NCBI GenBank assembly: GCA_030698625.1
Contig: JAUYMS010000021.1
Location: 6,227 to 70,226, forward strand
DNA length: 64,000 nucleotides
Reading direction: 5' to 3'
Source: Candidatus Omnitrophota bacterium
GTDB lineage: Bacteria; Omnitrophota; Omnitrophia; Omnitrophales; Aquincolibacteriaceae
In this document: piece by piece, positions 1 to 9,573 of the stretch
Position numbering within the stretch: the stretch's first letter is position 1
Layout: every line of letters begins with the position of its first letter
Notes under the pieces: model-generated
Told to the model about the DNA's origin: nothing
Databases searched by the model: none
Seen by the model: the letters and a program-made list of their open reading frames with translations, nothing else
Program-made: the position numbers and the translations under genes

Positions 1-224
1 TTGTTAGAATGCAAGTTCCGGAGAAGGCCGAGGAGGAATACCTGAGGGCATTGAAGCTCTATCCGGACCATCGTGATGCCCTTTACAACTTGGGAATGCT
101 CTACCATGCGAGGGGAGAGCAGGGTAAAGCGCAGGAGTATTGGAGCCGTTTAACTAAAGTATATCCCTCGGCCCGTCTGACGGCTCGAGTGCAAACCTTG
201 ATGGAGCGTGTTGCCAAAGCGTAA
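1..224 (+). CDS. TPR-repeat protein, C-terminal fragment (start lies upstream of window)
   Basis: Track ORF 9..224, but the frame is open back to the window edge. The TPR-like sequence (EEEYLRALKLYPDHRDALYNLGMLYHARGEQGKAQEYW) resembles the C-terminal TPR tail of the 21366..23288 protein. Confidence 0.4.
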   Translation, partial: VRMQVPEKAEEEYLRALKLYPDHRDALYNLGMLYHARGEQGKAQEYWSRLTKVYPSARLTARVQTLMERVAKA

Positions 225-1668
225 AATTAAAAGACTTATGACATTTTTATCGCTATTTCTCACATTCCTGATGTTTCTTGGCGCCGTGCCGGCGTATGCC
301 GAGGGGCCCGGGTCCTTCATCCCTGCGGTGAGCTCCCAGGTAGGGGCACGCGTCGGAATCACCGCTGCCGTTCAGGGAACCGTGCAGCTGCTGCGTCCCG
401 GCCAAGCCGGGCATTTGGCGGGTAGCGGCGAAGCCGTGCACATCGGTGATGTGATTGAGACGGATGCGGAGAGCCAATTGCAGATCATCTTGCTCGACGA
501 GACGGTCTTTACGATCGGGCCGGAAAGCAGCATGGTGATCGACGAGTTTGTCTATGATCCCACGGACCGTTCAGGTGTCGTTAGGGCAAGTGTGACCAAG
601 GGTGTTTTTCGTTTTGTGACCGGCCAGATTGCCCGCAAGAAGCCCAGCAATATGGAAGTGAAGGTGCCGACGGGAACGATCGGCGTGCGCGGCACGATCG
701 TGCTTGGGAGCGCGGCCCCGGAGAAGTCCCTGGTGATTCTTATGGGACCGGGCGAAAATAATAATACCGGAGACCGCTTCGGAAGTTTGAAGCTGACCGG
801 CGAGGCTGAAGGTAAGAAAAAAAGTGTTAATGTCAATCGGCCCGGATTCGGGTCGGAGTTATATGCCGGAAAGGGTCCTACGCCGGCCTTTGATGCCCGC
901 GATCAGGTCATGGGACTTCAGTTGCAGTTGACTCCCAAAGAGGACGCCGGCAAGGCAAAGAAAAAATCCGGCGGCAAGGGTGCCGGCGGAGGCGGAGGCA
1001 ATGCCGGCGGTAATGACGATGGCGGGGACGGTGATGGCGGATCCGCCTCTTCCGATGCCGGCCAAGATACCGCGGCGGCCGGAGGAAGCCTCAGAGATAC
1101 CACAAGCGTCGGAGATCTGGCTCAAGATGCCGGCCGCAGTGTCAATGCCGCCATTAGCGATGGGGCCGAGGCTGACGTCCTCCAGATTCTTGACGGTGAA
1201 GCGACCTTTGCGCAATTGCGTACAGTGAGCACCGGGCAATTTAACTTCAAACAAACCGGGGTGCCTCTTTTTCTGTCCAATGGGAGTCCGGACGGAGCCG
1301 CTAACTATAATATCCAACTCGATATTGACTTTGGGGCACGTCGGATAGCGGGGGGGAATTCCAGGTTGGTGATCAATAATAGTGCGCTGTTCGGGGCGCC
1401 GACAAGGACTTTCACTTTGCCCGGTTTTTCTTTTAATAATTTAACCGGCAATGCGGCTGCTGATTTTAATTTCACGGTTGGCAGCGAGGACGCCAATTGT
1501 AGCGGAAGTGATTGCACCGTTAACTTAGGGGTGGACTTTATCAACGGTGGGGGTGTTGCCGGCAGAAGTCTCGATCACGACGTGATCATCATCAATCCCA
1601 ACCAAGGGGCTCCGAACGATCGTTCCACAGGCGCAGGCCAGACGCAGCGCCAGAGCGGCCTGTCCTAA
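208..1668 (+). CDS. secreted FecR-domain protein with Gly/Asp-rich low-complexity linker
   Basis: Hydrophobic signal-like N-terminus (MTFLSLFLTFLMFLGAVPAYA, alternative Met at 238). FecR-like stretch VHIGDVIETDAESQLQIILLDETVFTIGPESSMVI. Long G/D/A-rich region. Beta-rich C-terminus. Confidence 0.5.
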   Translation: MLPKRKIKRLMTFLSLFLTFLMFLGAVPAYAEGPGSFIPAVSSQVGARVGITAAVQGTVQLLRPGQAGHLAGSGEAVHIGDVIETDAESQLQIILLDETVFTIGPESSMVIDEFVYDPTDRSGVVRASVTKGVFRFVTGQIARKKPSNMEVKVPTGTIGVRGTIVLGSAAPEKSLVILMGPGENNNTGDRFGSLKLTGEAEGKKKSVNVNRPGFGSELYAGKGPTPAFDARDQVMGLQLQLTPKEDAGKAKKKSGGKGAGGGGGNAGGNDDGGDGDGGSASSDAGQDTAAAGGSLRDTTSVGDLAQDAGRSVNAAISDGAEADVLQILDGEATFAQLRTVSTGQFNFKQTGVPLFLSNGSPDGAANYNIQLDIDFGARRIAGGNSRLVINNSALFGAPTRTFTLPGFSFNNLTGNAAADFNFTVGSEDANCSGSDCTVNLGVDFINGGGVAGRSLDHDVIIINPNQGAPNDRSTGAGQTQRQSGLS

Positions 1669-1671
1669 TCT

Positions 1672-3891
1672 CTATTTGCTGAGGGCGATGTAGACACCAT
1701 CCCAGTCAGTGCCGGGGGGGTGGGCCTGATAGAAGCGAATGCGCTCCTGATAAAGGTTGTAAAGAATCTGCAAGCGCGTTCGCGGCGTATCCCACTTCCA
1801 ACATTCATCAATCAGTTTGAGCGCATCATTCCATCGCTGACCGCGATAGGCCGTCAGCATCTCTCCATGATTACGAATTAACGTTTGAAACCAATCGGCC
1901 TCTTTCATGGTTGAATCGCCCAGAAGTGCGAAGATGTGCACCGGTACTTTCTTGCCCTTCACCCTGATGAGGTCCACTTCGACGGCGGCAAACCCGCTAG
2001 CTTCATCGTATGTGTTTTTTCCGATGATGATGTCCGCGTTATAGTTTTTTGACTGGCCCTCCAGGCGAGAGGCCAAGTTGACGTTGTCACCCAAGGCCGA
2101 ATAGTCGAACCGTTGCTCCGAACCCATATTTCCGACGCAGCAATCACCGGTGTTGAGTCCGATGCCGATGTGTACGGGATAATAGGGTTTGCCCTTGGCT
2201 TCGAATTCGGCCTTAATGTCCGTATTCCAATCGAGCATATGGTTGCGCATGTTCAGCGCGGCTTGGCAGGCGTTAGAGGCATGATTTGGGTCATCGAGCG
2301 GGGCATTCCAGAAAGCCATAATACAGTCGCCCATGTACTTGTCGATCGTCCCGCTTTCCTTCATGATGAAGTCGGTCATCGGCGTCAGGAAGCGGTTAAT
2401 AAAGTTCGTAAGTTCTTGTGCATCAAGGTTTTCCGAGATGGTGGTAAAACCGCGGATATCGGCAAAAAGAAGCGTCATGTTCCTAGTTTCGCCGCCGAGC
2501 TTTAACTGTTCGGGATGTTGCGCCAATCGCTCGACCAAGGCCGGGTTCATGTAACGGCTGAAGGCAGCACGTACCTGTGCCTTCTCCGTTTCAGTTCGCA
2601 GGAAACTGATCAACGATACGACGATATAAAGAATCAAGCACATGAGCGACGGTACAATGGGGTCGACGAGCCAGCTCCTATTTGTGAAGAAATACCAGGA
2701 GAGTCCCACGGCCGTACCTGCGCCGACCAATCCGATAATTGCGCACCAGGCAGCCCCGAGCCTGGGCATGAGGATGATTAAGATCAGTCCGAGGATGAGG
2801 ACGAATAGAAACTCGGCTCCCGGCGCCCAATCGGGCCGGTAGAGAAACTCCTGATGAATGATTTGCTCGGCAAGCTGGGCATGAATGTCGACGCCTGCGG
2901 CGAGCGGATCGAGAGGCGTGGTTCTCAGATCTTTGAGACCTGCAGCGCTCGTGCCCACGAACAGTATGGCGCCGTTGATTTCCTCACCGTCATAGCTTTC
3001 ATCCAGAAGTTTCCATGCGGGAATGCGCCGCTCTTTTATAAAGCCCGTGTCATAGAGCCACATTCTTCCTTCGGCGTCCGTCGGTATAGCAAACTGCCCG
3101 ATCTTTACGCTGACGATGCCTGTGTACTCACCAAAGCTCATCTCGCCGCTTGCACCGGATGATTTTATGATATAGGTGGAAGCGTCTTGGGCTACGCGCA
3201 GCGCTTCGCCGGTAAGTGAGGGATAAAGCTCTTGTTTGAGACGAAACAAAAATGGGACACGTCTGATGATGGCGTCATGGTCCGCGAAAAAATTAAAGCT
3301 TCCGTTGCCCATTGATGCTTTCTCGATTTCGGGCAGGTTGAGGATTGCGCCGTTAAAGGGGACTAGGCTTTTCTTTGGGTCATCCCCCCCGTGCGCAAAG
3401 CCCGCTTTACGTTGAGGTGTTATGCCGTTGTCGTTCATGGTCAGATTGAAACCCGTGACGACGCGGGAACTCGCGAGCGTCTCGGCGAAGTATTCATCAT
3501 GTTTCGGCAACGCATCGATCTGAGACAGGAGAGTTTTAACGCCGGGTGTCTGCGGCCAAAACGGGAGAATGTTCTCCGGAGAGCTGCGATCGGGCTCCGC
3601 AAATAAAACATCAAAAGCGATGACGGCAACACCGAAGTCGGTCGCACGCTTCACGAGACCCGCAACGAGTGTCCGCGGCCACGGCCATTGCCCGAGGCGC
3701 GACAAGCTTTCTTCGTCGATATCGATAACCCGTACCGGAGCGGGCTCATATTGGCGGGGTTTAATGCGCTGATACGTGTCAAAGACGTTCAGTTGGAGAT
3801 CGTCGACAGCAGTGGGGGTCGCAATTCTTAGGCCCAAAAGTCCGATCAGAAGGATATAGGGAATAAGAGCCGACCCAATGCGTTTCATCAA
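1672..3891 (-). CDS. class III adenylate/guanylate cyclase with N-terminal CHASE2 sensor domain
   Basis: N-terminal TM, CHASE2-like segment (VRVIDIDEESLSRLGQWPWPRTLVAGLV), TM cluster, C-terminal cyclase motifs (FADIRGFTTISE, MGDCIMAFWNAP, GIGLNTGDCCVGNMGS, YSALGDNVNLASRLEG). Confidence 0.85.
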   Translation of the reverse strand: MMKRIGSALIPYILLIGLLGLRIATPTAVDDLQLNVFDTYQRIKPRQYEPAPVRVIDIDEESLSRLGQWPWPRTLVAGLVKRATDFGVAVIAFDVLFAEPDRSSPENILPFWPQTPGVKTLLSQIDALPKHDEYFAETLASSRVVTGFNLTMNDNGITPQRKAGFAHGGDDPKKSLVPFNGAILNLPEIEKASMGNGSFNFFADHDAIIRRVPFLFRLKQELYPSLTGEALRVAQDASTYIIKSSGASGEMSFGEYTGIVSVKIGQFAIPTDAEGRMWLYDTGFIKERRIPAWKLLDESYDGEEINGAILFVGTSAAGLKDLRTTPLDPLAAGVDIHAQLAEQIIHQEFLYRPDWAPGAEFLFVLILGLILIILMPRLGAAWCAIIGLVGAGTAVGLSWYFFTNRSWLVDPIVPSLMCLILYIVVSLISFLRTETEKAQVRAAFSRYMNPALVERLAQHPEQLKLGGETRNMTLLFADIRGFTTISENLDAQELTNFINRFLTPMTDFIMKESGTIDKYMGDCIMAFWNAPLDDPNHASNACQAALNMRNHMLDWNTDIKAEFEAKGKPYYPVHIGIGLNTGDCCVGNMGSEQRFDYSALGDNVNLASRLEGQSKNYNADIIIGKNTYDEASGFAAVEVDLIRVKGKKVPVHIFALLGDSTMKEADWFQTLIRNHGEMLTAYRGQRWNDALKLIDECWKWDTPRTRLQILYNLYQERIRFYQAHPPGTDWDGVYIALSK

Positions 3892-4268
3892 TGCGAGGCT
3901 AGCTCGGTGAGCGCCTCCTCTTCCGATCCGACTATCGAAAAGAAGAGCTGTAGTTTGGCGAGTTCAAAGATGTTGCGAACGGCGTCGGAAAGATTGTAAA
4001 AAACAAGCTTGCCGCCATGGCTTTTGATCTTCTGATAAAATTCGACAAAGACCGCAATGCCGGAACTGTCGATGTAAGGCACTCCTTGGAAATCCAGGAG
4101 AATTTTTTGGGCCTTGTCATCGACTAACCGGGTCAATTGAGCTCGCATCTCGGAAGAACCTTGATAGTCGAGGTCTTCACTCAGCATCACGTGATCGCAA
4201 CCGTCGCCCTTTTTATCGAACCGGATCTTCATAGGCGAAATTATAGGCCGTCCGGCAGAGGAGCACAA
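3888..4268 (-). CDS. STAS-domain anti-sigma-factor antagonist (SpoIIAA/RsbV-like)
   Basis: STAS-like sequence LDFQGVPYIDSSGIAVFVEFYQKIKSHGGKLVFYNLSDAVRNIFELAKL. Its stop overlaps the cyclase start by 4 nt (translational coupling). Likely start at the internal Met near 4232. Confidence 0.7.
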   Translation of the reverse strand: MCSSAGRPIISPMKIRFDKKGDGCDHVMLSEDLDYQGSSEMRAQLTRLVDDKAQKILLDFQGVPYIDSSGIAVFVEFYQKIKSHGGKLVFYNLSDAVRNIFELAKLQLFFSIVGSEEEALTELASH

Positions 4269-4316
4269 ATCCTAAATTTAGCCTGCTTGCATTCTTGCGG
4301 CAGTTGAACTACTATT

Positions 4317-5444
4317 TTGCAGATGGCCTCTCAGGATACTAACTTTCAAGCCGCACAAGAGATAGGGAAGATCTACCAGTCTATTCTGGAGAAAAAGCCG
4401 CTCTGTGATTTTTTCGTGGAAAGCGTCTCAAAGTATGTCCAGGCCTCGCGCGGCTATTTCTTTCTGCTGGGGCGTGAGGATACTTTCTGGCTGGAAGCTT
4501 CTACCGATTCTCGTAAAACCGCCCCTTCCGAGATCGAAGAACGCGCCAAGAAAGGTCTCGCTCAAGGAAAACCCCTCATGGAGTTCCTCCATCTGATGGT
4601 TCCGCTCGTTGTTCGGAATAATCCGGTGGGGATCGTCTGTCTCGTGCGCGAAGAATCGAAGGGACCGTTTGAACAGGGTGATCTGGACCTCGCTGCTGCT
4701 TTGGCGGCTCAGATGGCGGGGGCGTTTAAGAACATTCTCTTACTCGAAGAAAACCTTAAAATGGAGCGGCTTGCCGCAATCGGAAACACCGTCGGCATGG
4801 TCATGCATGAAATAAAGAACATTATGCAGCTCGCTCAGCTTTCCTACGAATACACCCAGAAGGGTGTAGAACTCAAGAAGGAGAACTTCATCGAAAAGGG
4901 ATTGGCGATGATGTCCAAGGCGCTCAAAGAAATGAACGGATTTATCTGGGAGATGCTCAGCTTGTCAAAGGAATGCGCGATCGAACCCGTTTCGGTCGAC
5001 ATGCCGAAGTTACTCAAAGAACTTACCGATGATCTTAGAGACAAGGCGCAGAGTTTCAGAGTGACTCTCAAATTGGATTTGGAAGAGAATTTCCCGGCCG
5101 TGCAGGCTGACGGACGGGGCCTTTACCGTGCGATACTCAATCTGGTGAAGAACTCCATGGAGGCATGCCACAAGGAAGAGTCCACGGTGACGCTGTCCCT
5201 TCGCTCTTGTGACGAAGTATCTTATCAGATAGGCGTGGAAGATAACGGTGACGGAATGACTCAGGAAGTGAAAGCACGAATTTTTGAGGCTTTTTTCTCA
5301 ACCAAAGGCGCTCGCGGTACCGGGCTCGGACTTATGATTATAGACCGCACAATACGCGCCCATCACGGGACAATTGAGGTGAAGAGTGAATTGGGAGAAG
5401 GCACCCGGATCACTTTGACTCTCCCGACAACGCCCCCGGTTTAA
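4317..5444 (+). CDS. sensor histidine kinase (GAF-like N-terminus, HisKA, HATPase_c)
   Basis: H-box MHEIKNIMQ. ATPase G-boxes GDGMTQEVKARIFEAFFSTKGARGTGLGLMIIDRTIRAHHGTIEV. The track start is a TTG at 4317, and an ATG at 4323 is the more likely start. Confidence 0.75.
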   Translation: MQMASQDTNFQAAQEIGKIYQSILEKKPLCDFFVESVSKYVQASRGYFFLLGREDTFWLEASTDSRKTAPSEIEERAKKGLAQGKPLMEFLHLMVPLVVRNNPVGIVCLVREESKGPFEQGDLDLAAALAAQMAGAFKNILLLEENLKMERLAAIGNTVGMVMHEIKNIMQLAQLSYEYTQKGVELKKENFIEKGLAMMSKALKEMNGFIWEMLSLSKECAIEPVSVDMPKLLKELTDDLRDKAQSFRVTLKLDLEENFPAVQADGRGLYRAILNLVKNSMEACHKEESTVTLSLRSCDEVSYQIGVEDNGDGMTQEVKARIFEAFFSTKGARGTGLGLMIIDRTIRAHHGTIEVKSELGEGTRITLTLPTTPPV

Positions 5445-6838
5445 CTGCTGAGCATGACGACGAGATTGGTCATGTCGTCGTGTTGCGGGGCGCCGCCCAC
5501 AAAATCCTGCACGGAACGGATAAGGCCTTCGCACTGGTCTTTTGCGTTTGCGTGTTTCGTCATCGTCGCCTGAGTGAGCCGATTCATACCGTATTCCTCA
5601 CCCTTCTTGTTCCGCGCCTCGACAATGCCGTCAGTATAAAGGTACAGCCTATCTCCCGCTGAAAGCGAAATACAGGACTCCGTGTAGGGGGTGTCCTTTA
5701 CGAGGCCGAGAGGAACTCCTGCATTGTGATCCAGCGGTTCCGACAGGTGCGCGTCGGGGCGACTTCTGATAATTGGGTGGTGTCCGGCCGAAGCGTAAGA
5801 TAATTCTCTGTTTTTCACGTCAAGGACCATGTAAAGCAGTGTGATGAACATGCCGAATTGCGTCGCCTTTACCAGAGAGTTGTTGAGCGTCATGAGAAGT
5901 TCGGACGGGGCCGGATACCTTAATGCCATGGAGCGGTAATCGCAAATAGCTCGCACCATATAGAGCGCTGCGGGCACGCCCTTACCCGAGACATCCGCAA
6001 CGAGGACTCCGATTTTATCTTCCGTCAGTTTAAGGACATCATAGAAATCGCCGCCGACACCGCGTGCCGGAATGCTCGTTGCCGCGATATCGACTCCCGC
6101 GCAGACAGCCTCGAGCTCAGGGAGAAAGTTCTGTTGAATGTCGTGAGCTATTTTGAGTTCTTGTCGTGAACGCTCCTGCTTAAGGATCTCACTGTGCAGC
6201 CTGGCCGCTTCGACGGCAATGGCCGCCTGATCTGCGAAGACTTCAAATAGGTCCAGGTCCCGCTGTTCAAATTCTGTGCGGCCCGTCGGGTTCAAAGCCT
6301 GCAACACGCCGATGATTTTGTCTTTCGCTTTCATGGGGACGCATATAATGGCCTTCGACTTAAACCCGGTAGCTTTATCGAAGCGGCGGGCGAATCGCTT
6401 GTCCTTTTCGGGCTCATTGACGATTACGGATTCTCCCGATTGGGCAACATGACCGGCAATTCCCTCGCCCATCTTGAGCCGGAACTGCTCCACCAACTGA
6501 GTTCCTTTCTCACCCAAGGCCACTCGGAAAATCAACTCGTCTGTCTGTTCGTCGACGAGCATGAGGGAGGCGGCGCCGGTGCGCATGACTTCGGCCGCCG
6601 TATTCATAATAACGGTCAGGAGTTCGTCGAGATCGAGCGTGGAGTTGAGTTTGCTTGTTACCGAAAGGACTTTGCGGAGATCTTGGATGGTTTGAGCTGT
6701 TGAATTTTTCAAATCCAAAGTCGGAATAAAAGGCCCATGAGGGCGGCCACCGAAAAACTGGACAAAAAGTCGGACTTGTCCCTGAGCTTTGGCGATGTGA
6801 GCCGTAGGAGCCCGACCATGGGGGCCGCGATCATCCAA
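5441..6838 (-). CDS. GAF-domain PP2C-family serine phosphatase (RsbU/SpoIIE-like)
   Basis: N-terminal GAF-like region. C-terminal PPM motifs (GVGGDFYDV, GVLVADVSGKGVPAALYM, LYLYTDGIVEARN). The first ~40 residues of the track ORF look non-coding. The real start is probably a TTG near 6712-6718, directly after the stop of the upstream gene. It converges tail-to-tail on the kinase (4-nt overlap). Confidence 0.8.
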   Translation of the reverse strand: MDDRGPHGRAPTAHIAKAQGQVRLFVQFFGGRPHGPFIPTLDLKNSTAQTIQDLRKVLSVTSKLNSTLDLDELLTVIMNTAAEVMRTGAASLMLVDEQTDELIFRVALGEKGTQLVEQFRLKMGEGIAGHVAQSGESVIVNEPEKDKRFARRFDKATGFKSKAIICVPMKAKDKIIGVLQALNPTGRTEFEQRDLDLFEVFADQAAIAVEAARLHSEILKQERSRQELKIAHDIQQNFLPELEAVCAGVDIAATSIPARGVGGDFYDVLKLTEDKIGVLVADVSGKGVPAALYMVRAICDYRSMALRYPAPSELLMTLNNSLVKATQFGMFITLLYMVLDVKNRELSYASAGHHPIIRSRPDAHLSEPLDHNAGVPLGLVKDTPYTESCISLSAGDRLYLYTDGIVEARNKKGEEYGMNRLTQATMTKHANAKDQCEGLIRSVQDFVGGAPQHDDMTNLVVMLSS

Positions 6839-7413
6839 AGCGGATTTGTCGCAAAAACGAAAACACCCGCCACCAAACCGCGCTCCACAAGCCCGTGGGA
6901 CATCTCGAAGCTGGAGATGCCGTGATCGGGGCGTGACGACGGAATAAAACTGCGGCGAAAAGTGAACGCGAGGTAACTGTACCCGAAGGTAACCCCAATG
7001 AAAAGCAACAGGATCAATGTTACTGCGTCATGCGAGTAAAGCGTATCCAGTAAGGGGTACTCGGGCACACCCAACCGGAGCCGGCTTGCCGGCAGCAGGA
7101 ATGCTCCTGTAATCCACAAAAAGTGAAAGAACTGATCGGTGACAAAGCATGGGAACATAATCCGCTGATTTTGCTGTAACCGGTATTTGAGGCGGTCTTG
7201 AAGATAATGAAGCATACATAGGAAGAAGACATAGAACCACATTGAAGTAAACTGTAGATAGGGGAATACGAGCAGCATGGTGACGATGTAGTGAATGGCT
7301 ACATGCAGAAAATGACCGAGGACCCGTTTGACCTTGAGTTTATAAAGCTCGTCAAACTGCAGTATAAAATCGCCGATCATATGAGCGAGGCATAATTTCA
7401 GGAACAGAAACAT
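6709..7413 (-). CDS. DUF3307-like integral membrane protein
   Basis: Motif HMIGDFILQ (H-x-x-x-DF-x-LQ) plus multiple TM helices. Start placed at the internal Met 7413, because the first 95 residues of track ORF 6709..7698 look like junk. Confidence 0.5.
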   Translation of the reverse strand: MFLFLKLCLAHMIGDFILQFDELYKLKVKRVLGHFLHVAIHYIVTMLLVFPYLQFTSMWFYVFFLCMLHYLQDRLKYRLQQNQRIMFPCFVTDQFFHFLWITGAFLLPASRLRLGVPEYPLLDTLYSHDAVTLILLLFIGVTFGYSYLAFTFRRSFIPSSRPDHGISSFEMSHGLVERGLVAGVFVFATNPLWMIAAPMVGLLRLTSPKLRDKSDFLSSFSVAALMGLLFRLWI

Positions 7414-7504
7414 GAGGTCGATTTTAACATATAGAAACAATATTTGACTACCCCTTAGGTGAGGGTCACAATAGCCGCGCATAAGAAAGGCCGGAACTAG
7501 ATCT

Positions 7505-8821
7505 ATGGGAAAAGTACGATATCGGTGTACGCACTGCGGACGGCGGTTTGAGGCTGAGGACAGGGAGACTCTTGAGTGTCCCCACTGTTTCTGGAGTTCG
7601 TCGGTAAAGAGGGAAGACGACGTTGATGACCGCAAACCAGGGGCCCTCGCTCCCGCCAACGAGACCCATGTAAAGAAGAAGCCTCGGGAACCCTTCAAAA
7701 CTCCGGCATGGGTAAGGCCCGCGGGTTATGCCGCACTTGGAATCGCCGTCATTGCCCTGGCAATTTATTGTTTTATGGCTTATTGGCCTTTTTCTTCCGG
7801 GAGCGAGACTCGGGATAGCGTAGAGCACATAGATATTCCGGCCGTGCCCGAAAGCAAAGCCGGGGCTCAGAGCTCCAGCCTCTCCGATGCAGAGCGATAC
7901 AGCTTGCAGAATCGTGTCTTGCTGGCCCCAGACCGCACTGTGGAAGCCGATGAAAGAGAGGCCTTAGATGTCCGCGTGTCTTTTAAGACGGGGCTGGTAG
8001 AGCAGTTGCCGTCACGCATCTGGACTTTAGAGGCTTATACGGGACTCATCGCCGAACGGGAAGCCTTTTACCACGTACCGCTTTCCCGCAGCTATAAAAA
8101 GAAGCTTGAGAACCTCTTTAAAGATTACTATCTCTCCGGCGAAACTGCTTTTAATGACGGCGACTTGCTTAAAGCACGTGACCTATGGGTGCGGTCGCTG
8201 GTTTTTCCGATTTACGGGGACGATATACAAAAGCATCGGGGCGTGGTGCTGACCATGATCCGGCCGTTTATTAACGATACGCTTTCCAAGATCGGGGCCA
8301 TTAATACTTCGCTCGTGGAACGGGTTATCCGAGAAACGGAACAAGCGATTAGCATCGACTACGCGAAACTGCACGACTTGATTCAAAAGCGTTCGTGGCA
8401 GGAGGCCTCGAGCCTACTGCGTAGCTTGGAAGGACAAATCCTCGCACTGGAAGCTTCTCAGGGCACGACAGGAACGGCGCCGCCCTATTCGGAGGCTCTG
8501 ACTCAAATGGATGCCGATATTCGCGGAACGCTTTTAAATCTTCGAGAGCCGCCGATGCCCGCTGTTGCGGATTTGACAGAAATGCTCGGGGACGTTCGCA
8601 GAAAAATGTCTCTCGTTGACAGTTTCATTCCCGAGACATTGAAACAGACGACGGCAAGTTATCAAAACATGGCGCGTGAGATTGAGGCCGGCCGATGGCG
8701 GGAAGTAGAAGGCATGTTGCGAAACGTAAATCTTCCGCAAGTCTATGCGAATGATCTTCGCGCGAAGATTGAAGTTGCGAAAAAAATGGACAAGCAAAAG
8801 CTTGCTTCGGGTGTGAATTAG
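7505..8821 (+). CDS. hypothetical protein with N-terminal C4 zinc ribbon and one TM helix
   Basis: YRCTHCGRRFEAEDRETLECPHCFWS, then TM helix AGYAALGIAVIALAIYCFMAYW. No family recognised. Confidence 0.45.
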   Translation: MGKVRYRCTHCGRRFEAEDRETLECPHCFWSSSVKREDDVDDRKPGALAPANETHVKKKPREPFKTPAWVRPAGYAALGIAVIALAIYCFMAYWPFSSGSETRDSVEHIDIPAVPESKAGAQSSSLSDAERYSLQNRVLLAPDRTVEADEREALDVRVSFKTGLVEQLPSRIWTLEAYTGLIAEREAFYHVPLSRSYKKKLENLFKDYYLSGETAFNDGDLLKARDLWVRSLVFPIYGDDIQKHRGVVLTMIRPFINDTLSKIGAINTSLVERVIRETEQAISIDYAKLHDLIQKRSWQEASSLLRSLEGQILALEASQGTTGTAPPYSEALTQMDADIRGTLLNLREPPMPAVADLTEMLGDVRRKMSLVDSFIPETLKQTTASYQNMAREIEAGRWREVEGMLRNVNLPQVYANDLRAKIEVAKKMDKQKLASGVN

Positions 8822-8866
8822 CGTTAAGCTTTGAATTAGAAAATTAAACTTTTTCTACATTTCAAA

Positions 8867-9265
8867 ATGTCGAATTGGCGAGAGGTTTCTCCAGGATTGA
8901 GCCCGTCGGGAGCGGTTTTTGCGCTGGTGGCCAGCGTAGAGATAGCGACCCGGCTTGTGAAGGCAGCAAAGCATTGTCATGCGCAGTTAAATAATTTTGA
9001 CGATGTGGAACGCCTGCTTGCCTTTGCCCGGGAAAAACCGCCCATGTTCATCATTTTGGATTGGGATGAACGAGAGGCGCAGGCATTTCGGTTGTTGCAG
9101 GCCCTTCGGTCGGCGGGTCTCGATAAGGTGCCAACCGTAGGCTTCAGTTCGCAATCAAAGGGCAGCTTGCGAGAGGAAGCTCAGCGGGCAGGGTGCCATA
9201 GAGTGTATCCAAAATCTGAATTTATTCGAAATTTGGACGATATATTTATGAGGTATGTGACATGA
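8867..9265 (+). CDS. hypothetical protein (possibly degenerate receiver-like fold)
   Basis: ORF with coding-like composition. ATGA overlap with the next ORF. Confidence 0.3.
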   Translation: MSNWREVSPGLSPSGAVFALVASVEIATRLVKAAKHCHAQLNNFDDVERLLAFAREKPPMFIILDWDEREAQAFRLLQALRSAGLDKVPTVGFSSQSKGSLREEAQRAGCHRVYPKSEFIRNLDDIFMRYVT

Positions 9266-9573
9266 TTTTTCATCTTGGCACTGAAATTCCTGAAAGGTCT
9301 GAAGCGACGCTTGATCATGAAAGGATCGAGCTTACTAAGACTGAAGGCGATATCATCAAGACTCAGATCCGAAAGAATAGCGTCCTTGTGGACGAATATG
9401 TGGGCCGGTTGGATCTTCTCCTCAATAAGGAACGATACCCGCAGCACGCCGTATTCATCAAGAAGATACGGCGCCGTCTCGAGCTTTTAATGGACGAAAA
9501 TAATACCTTCCGCAAAGTCCTCTGGGCCCACTTACAACGTGAAGAACTCTCAAGGATAAGCCTTCATCCATGA
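9262..9573 (+). CDS. hypothetical small protein
   Basis: ATGA overlaps with both the upstream ORF and glgC (translationally coupled chain). Confidence 0.3.
   Translation: MIFHLGTEIPERSEATLDHERIELTKTEGDIIKTQIRKNSVLVDEYVGRLDLLLNKERYPQHAVFIKKIRRRLELLMDENNTFRKVLWAHLQREELSRISLHP

Noticed and set aside
918-1317. Proline-rich ORFs 918..1103 - and 859..1317 - antisense to the Gly-rich part of the 208..1668 gene
   Set aside because: They mirror a low-complexity GGC/GCC-rich coding region and are spurious.
4287-4315. TTGCAT-N17-TACTAT as a promoter for the histidine kinase
   Set aside because: The -10 ends only ~7 nt before the likely ATG (4323), so it would require a leaderless transcript. Too uncertain to call.
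7414-7698. First 95 residues of track ORF 6709..7698 (MKGSRGFFFTWVSLAGARAPG...)
   Set aside because: Composition is unlike the DUF3307 membrane core that follows. The extension runs into the 7505 gene's upstream region on the opposite strand, so start was placed at internal Met 7413.
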